DNA of 61,620 nucleotides, the filler included, from Actinomycetota bacterium (GTDB taxonomy: Bacteria > Actinomycetota > CADDZG01 > JAHWKV01 > JAOPZY01), in NCBI GenBank assembly GCA_025963875.1. It is 5 parts of 5 records of this genome, joined end to end, with 100 filler letters (N's around TTAATTAATTAA, not from the genome) between each part and the next. Parts side by side here need not be neighbours in the genome. Positions count along the whole stretch, not along the records: positions 8,765 to 36,572 come from JAOPZY010000218.1; positions 36,673 to 46,792 come from JAOPZY010000253.1; 3 more parts are not named here. The stretch is one strand, 5' to 3'. The notes beneath the pieces are model-generated. The model did no database searches, was not told the origin of the DNA, and saw only the letters and a list, made by a program, of their open reading frames with translations. Position numbers and translations under genes: made by a program. How positions within the stretch are numbered: the stretch's first letter is position 1; each line of letters starts with the position of its first letter. Positions 35,138-44,015 of this stretch are shown one piece after another.

Positions 35138-36467
35138 ACGGCTGGAGCTCCCAGTCACGGCGGCGGTGGCGGAGCGTCACCCCGGCGCCGTCCCAGTGCT
35201 CGATCACCTCGCCCCACGCCTGGGCGCAGCCGACGTTGCGCTGCTCGCCCGGGCTGTGGGGCTCGGCGAGGCGGAGGTAGCGGATCCGGGGGTCGGCGGG
35301 GACCAGGTCGCGCACGGGGTTGGCGCCGTCGTCGACGATGATGAGCTCCCGGTCCTCGGGCTCGCCGGCCAGGAAGCGGCGGATGGCCATCGCGACGATG
35401 GCCGGCCCCCCGCCGGCGGTCAGGACGCACGAGACGGACCTGCGGACGGGGGTGAGGTGCGCCGGTGGATGCGGCCTTGGCGGCGACGGCGTGGTGCCCG
35501 TGCAACGGACGGTCGCGGCGGTGCCCGGGAGCGGCCGGTATCCCTGGCACGCCCCGCGCACGCGGCGCCGGATCGGGTCGTCGTACCTCCGGGCCACCGG
35601 ATGCACCCACCAGCAGGCTGAGTCCCGGAGCGCCTCGTCGATCTCGTCCGCCGAGAACCCGGTGCGGTAGCGGAGCGCGGGGTGGCTGAAGGGGTTGGCC
35701 ACCACGTCGTGCCCGGCGAGGGCGGCGAGGGACACCAGGAGCACCTCCTCCGTGGCCCAGAGGGAGGAGCGGCCGAGGATACGCTGCAGCTCCTCGTCGT
35801 CATAGAGCTCGAGGATGCTGGTCGCCGCCGCCCTCGTGAACACGGTGCCGGGCCAGAAGGTCCAGTGCGGGAAGTTGTCCTCGCCGCCCGGGAACCTCCG
35901 GAGGAACGGCCGCCACAGCTCGATCTCGTGCCAGGCGGCCTGGGCAGGGCCGAACAGCGTCGTGGGCGGCTGCACGCCGGGGACGCTGACCAGGCACCCC
36001 GCCCCGGGAGCACGGCCGAGGTGGAGGGCGAGCTGCCGGGAGTACCCCTCCCGGACGGCGAGCTGGTCGGAGTCGACGAAGGTGATGCTGGCGAAGTCCA
36101 GGCATTCCACCGCCAGGCGCAGGCAGTCGATGGCGAACTCGTGGAGCCGCCCCCACCCCACCGGCCGCGGCCAGGGATGGACCAGGACACCGCCGGCGTC
36201 TCCCCAGTGCCGGTCCCTCAGCGGGCCCTCGCGTCCTGTTTCTTGTCCGGCGCCATGAGGGGCGCCTTGGGCGCCGTCGTACAGCAGGACGAGGGAGTCG
36301 GGGTCGCACCAGCGCAGGTTGGCTACGAGGTCGGCGACGCAGTCGGGGGACTCGTGCACGAGGCAGGCGAAGATGTTCCCGGTGTTCCGAGGTCTGGAAA
36401 ATTTGATACTTCTGACACTACTTTTTTGCCGCTCCAAAAGTCGCCACGGGTGCTGGTGGATTGCCAA
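35127..36467 (-). CDS. Glycosyltransferase-like protein ending in a truncated GT2 domain (start uncertain)
   Basis: ACLVHE...TFVDSD...GTVFTR...EEV N-terminal domain; C-terminal ELIIVDDG...RNVG...EHWDG stops soon after the expected DxD position. Confidence 0.6.
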   Translation of the reverse strand: MAIHQHPWRLLERQKSSVRSIKFSRPRNTGNIFACLVHESPDCVADLVANLRWCDPDSLVLLYDGAQGAPHGAGQETGREGPLRDRHWGDAGGVLVHPWPRPVGWGRLHEFAIDCLRLAVECLDFASITFVDSDQLAVREGYSRQLALHLGRAPGAGCLVSVPGVQPPTTLFGPAQAAWHEIELWRPFLRRFPGGEDNFPHWTFWPGTVFTRAAATSILELYDDEELQRILGRSSLWATEEVLLVSLAALAGHDVVANPFSHPALRYRTGFSADEIDEALRDSACWWVHPVARRYDDPIRRRVRGACQGYRPLPGTAATVRCTGTTPSPPRPHPPAHLTPVRRSVSCVLTAGGGPAIVAMAIRRFLAGEPEDRELIIVDDGANPVRDLVPADPRIRYLRLAEPHSPGEQRNVGCAQAWGEVIEHWDGAGVTLRHRRRDWELQPFTP

Positions 36468-36572
36468 GCGGGCGCCCGGAGTTGCAAGCTAGTGAGGTGG
36501 CGGCCCCAAGCAATAAAGGCAATTTCTTCCATTTCCCTCGAAGTTCGCGGGGTACTTCCGCGCCGCGGGCCT

Positions 36573-36672
36573 NNNNNNNNNNNNNNNNNNNNNNNNNNNN
36601 NNNNNNNNNNNNNNNNTTAATTAATTAANNNNNNNNNNNNNNNNNNNNNNNNNNNNNNNNNNNNNNNNNNNN
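36573..36672. other. Artificial contig linker
   Basis: N44-TTAATTAATTAA-N44. Confidence 0.99.
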
Positions 36673-38350
36673 TCGAAACCGGCGCTCCCGGGTACGGCCG
36701 GACCGAGTACGGCGCGACGAGGGTCTTTCCCTTGGCGTTCTGGTTGGCGTCGACGAAGACGTGGCCCTTGCGTTTGGGGATCGACGGCTCGAGGGTCGCC
36801 TTCTCCGGGTACACGGCCGTGATGAGGCGCCCGACGCCGGTGCAGAATTCCCGCACCTCGCCGTAGGTGTGTCCCGGGCGGAGCGGGATGAAGATCTGCA
36901 GCCCTGCCCCACCCGAGGTCTTCGGGAACCCGAGCAGGCCGAGCCGCTCCAGGACCGTGTGCACGAGCCTGCCGACCGCCCGGACGTCGTCGTAGGTGAT
37001 CGGCTCGAACGGGTCGAGATCGATGACCGCGTAGTCAGGCTCGTCGATCCTGGGCCAACGGCTGGTCCAGGCGTGGCACTCGACGCTGGCGATCTGCGCC
37101 AGCCACACCAGCGACGCCACGGAGTCGGCGATGACGAAGTCGATGTTCTTGCGCCCGGCGTCGGAGGGGACGGGCACGGTGCGGACCCACTCCGGGGTAC
37201 CTTTCGGGGCCTGCTTCTCGTAGAACGCCTCCCCGTAGATGCCGTCGGGCACCCGCTGCATGACCAGCGGCCGGTCGGACAGGAACGGCAGCAGCATCGG
37301 GGCGACGTTGTAGTACCAGGCGATGAGGTCGCCCTTGGTGTAGGAGTCGTCCCCGAAGATCGGCTTGTCGAGGTTCGTGACCCGAACCTCCCGGCCGCCG
37401 TCGACGAAGACGTGGGAAGGCCCCAGGGGCTCCAGCGGCACGGTGCAGGGGAAGTAGGGCCGGCTGTAGCCGCCGTGCGGCGTGGGCGGGCACACCTGCT
37501 CCCCCGGGCCTGCCAAGGGCGCCCCGAAGGCGGCGAGGTCCTCCATGATCGCCCGGTGCGACTCCTCCCAGCGCTCCTCGGAGATGATCGTGAGGGCGAA
37601 GTCGAAGTCGGCGGCGGCGGCGGCCAGGTTGGACGCCCGGAGGGTCCCCTCCCCGTAGGGGACGTGCGTGAGCTCGCCGGCGGGGCCGAAGCGATTGTCG
37701 GTGAAGTGGCAGTGCAGCGGCCACAGGTGCTGGGGAGAGAACTGCTGGGCGATATAGGCGAACAGCGCCCGGAAGGCCTCCACCGAGCTCATCTGCCCGC
37801 CAGAGACCGCATGGATGTGGGCAAAATCGACGACGGGCGTGGCGAACGGATGGTCCCGGACGAGCAGGGCGATGTCACCGAGCGCGCCGAACTGGGATTT
37901 GCGCCCCGGCGTCTCCAAGCCGAGCGGCACCCCGAAGTCGGCGATGCGGGGCCCGATGTTGTCGAGGGCCGCCACCACCCTCTTCTGGACGGCGGCGGGG
38001 TCGCCCGTGTTCGTGCCCGGGTGGCACACGACGACCTTCGCCCCCATCAGCGCCGCCAGGTGGCAGGAGTGGTGCAGCGCGCCGAGGTGCAGCGTGAGCC
38101 GTTCCGGCTCAGGTGTCGTGAGCGCGGCGAAGTACGGGGCGTGGACCGAGAGGCGGACCCCCTCCCGGGCGGCGATGGTGCCGAGGCGTTCGGCCTCGGG
38201 CTCCTTCAGCGTGAACTCCTTGACGAACTGGACCTCACAGGCGGCATAGCCGGCGTCGACCACCTTGGCGATCGATCCCTCCAGGTCCTTGGGGTCCTTC
38301 AGACCGGCGACCCCGAAGCGCACCGTTCGCACCGGGTCAGCGGGCCGCAT
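36673..38350 (-). CDS. Endonuclease IV (AP endonuclease TIM barrel) fused to a LigD-type primase-polymerase domain; 3' truncated by the contig end
   Basis: N-half: SVHAPY, CHPG, LETPG, VDFAH, HCHF, GELTH, IISE. C-half: TNLDK, YTKGDLI, RVPDG..FYEK, ECHAW, DLDP, KTSG, DANQN..GKT, PYSVR. Confidence 0.9.
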
Positions 38351-38426
38351 CGCAGCGGGCCAGGCGTGCGACGCCGCCGCCGATCACCCGCTTGTCAATA
38401 TCCGGCATCCTTCCCCCCCGTTCTCG

Positions 38427-38468
38427 TATGCTTCCACGCCTATGCTCCACCCCATATGCTCGACCTGG
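38427..38468 (+). repeat. Three direct repeats at exact 14-bp period in a divergent promoter
   Basis: TATGCTTCCACGCC / TATGCTCCACCCCA / TATGCTCGACCTGG starting at 38427, 38441, 38455. Confidence 0.75.
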
Positions 38469-39679
38469 CCATGACAAGCGCGCGCCGCCTCCTGGTGGTC
38501 CTCACCATTCTTACCGTCCTGATCCCGTCTGCGGGTCCGGTTCTCGCGGCCATCTCTTCCAAGACGAAACCGTTGCCCCCGCCGCCCCCCAGCAGGTGGA
38601 GGGCGCCGGTGTACGTGGCCCCTGCTCCCCCCCCGGTGCCCCAACCCCCGCCCGGCCCCGACGGCGACCCCCTCCCCGCCCCGCTCGGCGTCGACGAGGG
38701 CATCCTCGTGGACGCCTCCAACGGCAAGGTGCTGTGGGCGGTCAACGCCAACCAGCCCCGTCCCCCGGCCAGCCTGACGAAGATCCTGACCGCGCTCGTG
38801 GTGCTGCAGCGGGCCAAGCTCGACGACACGCAGACCGTCACCGACGAGGCGTACAACGCACCGGGGGCCAACACCTACGCCAAACCCGGCTGGACCTACT
38901 CGGTCGAGGACATGCTCTGGGGTCTCCTCCTGGTGTCCGGCAACGACATGGCGATCTCGCTGGCGCAGAAGGTGAGCCCGGACGGCACGGTGGCCGGCTT
39001 CGTCCGCCTCATGAACGAGGAGGCCGCAGCACTCGGGGCCACGTCGACCTTGATGGCCAACCCTCACGGGATGGACGCCCCCAGCCACGTCTCGACGGCC
39101 CGGGACCTCGCCCTCCTCACGATGGTGGCGATGAAGGACCCGACGTTCGCCACGATGGTCGGGACGATCAAGCATTCGATCCCGTGGGACGGCGGCCAGC
39201 ACACCCACCTCCTGATCAACCACAACAAGCTGCTCGGCCTCTATCCCGGCACCATCGGGGTGAAGACCGGCTACACGAACGGGTCCGGGAACTCGCTGGC
39301 CTCGGAGGCAACCCGGAACGGCCACACCCTGCTCGCCATCGTGCTCAACGCCAAGAGCCCCGCCGGCTACAACGACTCCAAGGCCCTCTACGACTGGGGA
39401 TTCCTGAACTTCGACGCTCTGGAGGCCAAGGCCACCGACGTCATCGTGCCGCTCACCGCTGCCTCGTCCGTCCCGGCGGCTGCCAAGAAGGCCGGGGTCC
39501 CGCTCGCCGAAGCGGCAGCGGGGGTCGTTCCAAGCTCCCACCCCGAGCACGACCCCGTCCCCCTCGACGACGTGCTGCTCGGCGTGGTGGTCGCCTCGGT
39601 CATCGGGGCCTGGTTCCTCTCGTCCCGCCGGGGAACCAACGACGCCTACCGGGGAGGCCCCCGCGGGAGCGAGTCCTAG
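38456..39679 (+). CDS. D-alanyl-D-alanine carboxypeptidase (peptidase S11); start 38456 or 38471
   Basis: SLTK, SGN and KTG motifs; signal peptide, Pro-rich linker, C-terminal TM anchor. Confidence 0.92.
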   Translation: MLDLAMTSARRLLVVLTILTVLIPSAGPVLAAISSKTKPLPPPPPSRWRAPVYVAPAPPPVPQPPPGPDGDPLPAPLGVDEGILVDASNGKVLWAVNANQPRPPASLTKILTALVVLQRAKLDDTQTVTDEAYNAPGANTYAKPGWTYSVEDMLWGLLLVSGNDMAISLAQKVSPDGTVAGFVRLMNEEAAALGATSTLMANPHGMDAPSHVSTARDLALLTMVAMKDPTFATMVGTIKHSIPWDGGQHTHLLINHNKLLGLYPGTIGVKTGYTNGSGNSLASEATRNGHTLLAIVLNAKSPAGYNDSKALYDWGFLNFDALEAKATDVIVPLTAASSVPAAAKKAGVPLAEAAAGVVPSSHPEHDPVPLDDVLLGVVVASVIGAWFLSSRRGTNDAYRGGPRGSES

Positions 39680-39752
39680 CGCGGCCCGCGTCGAATTTTC
39701 CTCATTATTTGTGGAGAATTCGACACGCCCCAGCTATTTCGCGGAAAGCCGT

Positions 39753-41552
39753 TCAGGGTACGTACAGCGTGACGGCATCGCCCTTCCTCACGGACGAGCC
39801 CGCCGGCAGGTCCTGCAGCAGCACGGGATTGGTCGTGCACGCCCCGCTGGGGGATTTGACGGTCACCACGAGCCCCAGGCCCTCCAGCTGTGACCTGGCC
39901 GCCGCACACGCAGCCCCGCTGGCGACGTTGGGCATGGGGAAGGGTTGCGGCCCGACACTGACCGTCAGGGTCACCGCACTGCCCTTGGGCACGCTGGTCC
40001 CGGCGGCGGGGGCCTGACCGAGCACGGTCTCGGCGGCCGCGTCGTTGTAGATCTCCTGCCGGACGGCGCTCAGGCCCGCCGCGCTGAGCGTCGACAGGGC
40101 CGCCGGGTAGGCAGTGCCCGACACCACCGCCGGCACCCCCACCATCTCCGGCCCTTTCGACACCTTCAGCGTGATGGGCGTGCCGGGTTTGACTGCCTGG
40201 GGCGGCGGTTCCTGGTGGACGACGGTGCCCTTGGGGGCGGGATTGAAGTCCTCCGCCACCACCGGGCCCGGAAGCCCGGCGGCGCGGATGGCCTGCTGCG
40301 CGGCGGCCAGGGGCTGCCCCTCGACGAGGGGCACCTGCCGGAGGTCCTGTCCCTTGCTGACCGTCAGGCGCACCGTCGAGCCCCGCAACCCCAGGGGCCC
40401 CACGCTGAAGGGCGGTCGGGCGGCAACGACCGTTCCCAGGGGCGCCGTATCGTCGAATGCCGTGCCGACACGGGTATGGAGCCCGGCGCCGCGCAGCTTG
40501 GCGATGGCGTCGGCCTGCCTGAGCCCGGCCACCCTCGGCACCGGGCGCAGCATCACCGCCCCGGCCCCGACCACCAGCACGAGGAGAACGGCGACCAGGA
40601 GCGGCCAGCGCCGGCGCCTCGGCTTGTGGCGCGGCAGCGGGGGAATCATCGTCTCCTGCGCCTCCGTAGCGACCAGCGACGTGATCTCCGACGCCAGTTC
40701 CGATAGCGGGGGGGCTTCGGGCAAGGAGGCGGCAACCTCCGCCAGCGCGGTCCGCATGGCGGTGGCCGACGGGTACCGGGCCGCGGAATCCCGTTCGGTG
40801 CTCAGCGCCACGACGGCATCGAGGAGGGCCGCGTCCGGCACCTCCACCGAAGGCCGCGGAACCCGCGCCGTCAGGTGCTCGTGGAGCACGTGGGCCACGT
40901 TGCCCTCGAACGGCGGTGCCCCGCACAGCAGTTCGTAGAGGACGCAGCCGGCGGCGTAGAGGTCGGCCCGGCCGTCGACCGCCTCGGCCCGGATCTGCTC
41001 CGGCGAGACGTAGGAAGCCGTACCGAGCATGTCGCTGGACGTCGCCGCGGCTTCGGCCATACGGGAGATGCCGAAGTCGGTCACCTTCACCTCGCCCGCC
41101 GCCGTCAGGAGGATGTTCTCCGGCTTGATGTCACGGTGGACAAGGCCGCTGGCGTGGGCGGCCTCCAGGGCCGCGAGCAGCTGGCTCAGCAGCGCCGCCG
41201 CCTGGGCGGGCTCCACCCGTCCTCGGGCCGCCAGGACCTCACGAAGGGTCCGGCCCCGGACGTATTCCATGACCATGAAGTAGGAGCCGTCGCTGGAGCC
41301 CCAGTCGTACACCTGGACCGCGTTGGGGTGCGACAGCCGTGCGGCCGCCTGGGCCTCCGCCCGGAAGCGCTCGACGAAGCCCTGCCGGGCTGCGAGCTCC
41401 TGGGGCAGCACCTTGACCGCGACGGTCCGGCCGAGGACCTGGTCCCGGGCGCGGAAGACCTCCCCCATGCCCCCCGAGCCGATGCGGGCGGCGACCCGGT
41501 AGCGGCCGGCGATGATCTCATTGGCGACGGTCTGGCTCACCGCGAAGTTCAA
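39753..41552 (-). CDS. PknB-like Ser/Thr kinase with four PASTA domains
   Basis: GSGGMG, VAVK, HRDIKPEN, DFG, SPEQ; one TM helix; four VP..V.G...LTVSKG-type repeats. Confidence 0.93.
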   Translation of the reverse strand: MNFAVSQTVANEIIAGRYRVAARIGSGGMGEVFRARDQVLGRTVAVKVLPQELAARQGFVERFRAEAQAAARLSHPNAVQVYDWGSSDGSYFMVMEYVRGRTLREVLAARGRVEPAQAAALLSQLLAALEAAHASGLVHRDIKPENILLTAAGEVKVTDFGISRMAEAAATSSDMLGTASYVSPEQIRAEAVDGRADLYAAGCVLYELLCGAPPFEGNVAHVLHEHLTARVPRPSVEVPDAALLDAVVALSTERDSAARYPSATAMRTALAEVAASLPEAPPLSELASEITSLVATEAQETMIPPLPRHKPRRRRWPLLVAVLLVLVVGAGAVMLRPVPRVAGLRQADAIAKLRGAGLHTRVGTAFDDTAPLGTVVAARPPFSVGPLGLRGSTVRLTVSKGQDLRQVPLVEGQPLAAAQQAIRAAGLPGPVVAEDFNPAPKGTVVHQEPPPQAVKPGTPITLKVSKGPEMVGVPAVVSGTAYPAALSTLSAAGLSAVRQEIYNDAAAETVLGQAPAAGTSVPKGSAVTLTVSVGPQPFPMPNVASGAACAAARSQLEGLGLVVTVKSPSGACTTNPVLLQDLPAGSSVRKGDAVTLYVP

Positions 41553-42043
41553 TGGGCCGGCGTCGGCGACGGGCTGACACGAAGCTTCAGCAGCGTGTCG
41601 TTCACCAGGGACTGGAGGGCCACCAGCCGTTGGTCCACGCCGGTCAGCGTCGTGGTCAGGTCGGTCACCTTCTTCGTCTGGGCTGCGTTGTTCCCCTGCG
41701 CCGTCGCGACGCCCTGCTGCAGGGTCGAGATCGTCCCCTGCAGCGACGTGATGGTCTGCTTCAGGGTGGCGACCTGGGCCGTCATGCCCTGGGCCGTCGC
41801 CGTCACCGCCTGCTGGAGGGCGGCGATCTGGGCGCCCAGCTCGGCGACGGCGTTCGTGTCCTGCACGACCTTCGTCTGGGTTTGCACCTTTGTCTCGACC
41901 CTCGTCTGCACCCGGTCCTGGACCCGCACGGCCGCCGGGCGGGAGGCCCCCACCGAGGACCCCTGCCAGGCGACCGCGACGAGGGCGGCGGCCACGACGG
42001 GGGCGGCGAGGAGCGCCAGAGGCCGTACCGCTGCTGCATTCAT
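41549..42043 (-). CDS. Secreted or membrane-anchored coiled-coil protein
   Basis: Hydrophobic N-terminus; Q/T/L heptad pattern; RBS GGAGGTG; stop overlaps the kinase start region. Confidence 0.75.
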   Translation of the reverse strand: MNAAAVRPLALLAAPVVAAALVAVAWQGSSVGASRPAAVRVQDRVQTRVETKVQTQTKVVQDTNAVAELGAQIAALQQAVTATAQGMTAQVATLKQTITSLQGTISTLQQGVATAQGNNAAQTKKVTDLTTTLTGVDQRLVALQSLVNDTLLKLRVSPSPTPAH

Positions 42044-42143
42044 GCGATCACCTCCACGGTCACGGTACCCCGCAACCTGGCCGGCTCCCCGGCAATCCGG
42101 GGCCTTTCGGGGGCCGCGGGCCCCGTCACCACATAGGACCCCT

Positions 42144-43043
42144 TCACGATGATCCGGCGCCTTGGGGGGCGCCTCGGGACGGCGAGAAACGTTGCCGGAG
42201 CGCCATCACGTTGGCGACATAGCGCTTCGTGTCGGCCTGCATCCCCTTCTGCCGGACCGAGCGCAGCCCCTGGTAGTAGCCGGCCACGGCGAGCTGGACG
42301 TCGCCCTTCGCCTGGCGGACCAGGTAGGCGAAGAAGGCCACGCCCGCCTCGACGTTGTGCTCGAGGTTGGCGGTATTGACCATCCGCTGGAGGATGATCT
42401 CGCCGGTGAAGCGCCCCGTCTCCGGCATGATCTGCATGACGCCGACAGCCCCCGTGTCACTGATCACCTGCTGCTGCCAGCCGGACTCCTGCCAGGCAAG
42501 CGCCTTGATCAGCGGGACTTCCACCTTGTAGGTCGTGGCGTACTTCGTGAGCAGGGACTCCACGGTCGCCGGGGCGGGTACGGGGATCCTGAGCACCTTG
42601 CCGACCTGGACGAGGTTCAGCCTGGTGATGCCGTTCAGGGCGGCCAGCGCGGTGGGCGTCACCCCGTAGTGGACGGCGATGGCGGTCAGGTTGTCCCCCG
42701 GCTTCACGGTGTAGGTGACGACCTGGGGCGCGGGCAGGGGGATTGGCGGAGCAGGGGCGGGCTGGGGCACCGGCGGGACGGGGCCCGCCGGGATCCGCAG
42801 GTTCATCCCGATCAGGATCAGGTTGGGGTCGGCGATATGGTTCGCCCGGGCGATCTCCTGCGGGGTGGTCAGGTACTTGCGGGCAAGCGTGAAGAGATTC
42901 TCGCCCGGCCCGACGACGTGGCCGACGTCCGCGAGGCCGCCCGCGGCGAGGGCCGCAACCACCAGCAGCGCTGCCGTCCCCCTGCTCCGGTTCCTGGGCC
43001 CCGTGCCGGCCGGGGCTGGGCCGGGGCACTCCGATCCGACCAT
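42144..43043 (-). CDS. LysM-LysM-SLT lytic transglycosylase (start uncertain)
   Basis: HVVGPGENL and YTVKPGDNL LysM domains; AWQESGW, GVMQI, AVAGYYQG SLT motifs. Confidence 0.88.
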   Translation of the reverse strand: MVGSECPGPAPAGTGPRNRSRGTAALLVVAALAAGGLADVGHVVGPGENLFTLARKYLTTPQEIARANHIADPNLILIGMNLRIPAGPVPPVPQPAPAPPIPLPAPQVVTYTVKPGDNLTAIAVHYGVTPTALAALNGITRLNLVQVGKVLRIPVPAPATVESLLTKYATTYKVEVPLIKALAWQESGWQQQVISDTGAVGVMQIMPETGRFTGEIILQRMVNTANLEHNVEAGVAFFAYLVRQAKGDVQLAVAGYYQGLRSVRQKGMQADTKRYVANVMALRQRFSPSRGAPQGAGSS

Positions 43044-43144
43044 ATGCGCTCCCATCGCCAAAGGGAACGCAATTTAACAGACGTTAACAACTCTGTCCAA
43101 CTCACAACTTTTACAACATCACCGGGCAGCGGCCCGGGTGGCCG

Positions 43145-43987
43145 CTAAGGGGCGTCGACCACCTCGGCGATGCCGTTGCGCAGGACTGCCGAGCCGCGAC
43201 CGTTCAGCGTCTCGAAGCCGTACGTCGTCACGCCGTCTTCCGTCGACTCCACCCAGCCCCGGGTCGTGAGGGTGTCCCCCGGGAAGACCGGCTTCGAGAA
43301 GCGCACCTTGATGCGCCGCAGCCGCGCCGGGTCTGCCCCGGCGACGTTGTCGAGGACGGCCTTCGAGGCGAATGCCATGGTGGCCATGCCGTGCAGGATG
43401 ATCCCCGGCAGTCCGGCGGCGTTGCGGGCGAACTCGGGGTCGATGTGGATCGGGTTGTGGTCCCCGGACGCCTCGGCGTACCGGTAGGTCTGGTCCTCGT
43501 CGACGGTCTGGGAGGTGGTGAAGACGTACTCGGGCTCGGGGGGCGGCTCCTCGGCGGCCGCCTTCGTGCGGCCGCCGCTGCCCCGGACGAACATCAGGCT
43601 GCGCAGCTCGGCCGCCGTCACGCCGTCCTGGTTGGTGAGCCTGGTGGCGACGGTGAACGTCTCGCCCGATTCCTTGACCTCGATGCTCTCGAGCCGTCCC
43701 TCGATCGTCAGGATGTCGCCGGGGCGGATGGGGGCCAGCAGGAGGTGATCCTCTTCCCCGTGCACGAGGCGCATGAGGTTGACGTTCAGCTCCGGGTCGA
43801 ACAGCGCCACCCCGAGCACCGCCTGGACCGGCACGACGGGGAAGGCGGGCGGACCGACGGGGTCCTCCCCGGCGAACGCCGGGTTGTCCTCGTTCGTCGC
43901 CGCCGCGTAGGCCCGGATGGCGTCCGCCGTGACCTTGTAGGTCGAGGTGGGGTACGTCTTGCCCGCGAGGGCGGTGTTGATGGTCAA
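43145..43987 (-). CDS. MaoC-like double hot-dog (R)-enoyl-CoA hydratase/dehydratase
   Basis: LVHGEE; YAEASGDHNPIH; PGIILHG; RFSKPVFPGD. Confidence 0.88.
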   Translation of the reverse strand: MTINTALAGKTYPTSTYKVTADAIRAYAAATNEDNPAFAGEDPVGPPAFPVVPVQAVLGVALFDPELNVNLMRLVHGEEDHLLLAPIRPGDILTIEGRLESIEVKESGETFTVATRLTNQDGVTAAELRSLMFVRGSGGRTKAAAEEPPPEPEYVFTTSQTVDEDQTYRYAEASGDHNPIHIDPEFARNAAGLPGIILHGMATMAFASKAVLDNVAGADPARLRRIKVRFSKPVFPGDTLTTRGWVESTEDGVTTYGFETLNGRGSAVLRNGIAEVVDAP

Positions 43988-44015
43988 GGAAGGCCTCCTT
44001 CAGAATCAGAATTTC

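Noticed and set aside
38351..38455. PafBC-type (TGTCGG-N10-TA-N3-T) promoter or LexA box for the repair fusion
   Set aside because: No matching motif found by eye on the minus strand; pafBC is on another contig.
36761..39679. 972-aa ORF as a giant carboxypeptidase fusion
   Set aside because: The first 565 codons are the antisense of the EndoIV-polymerase gene; the real protein starts at 38456 or 38471 with a signal peptide.
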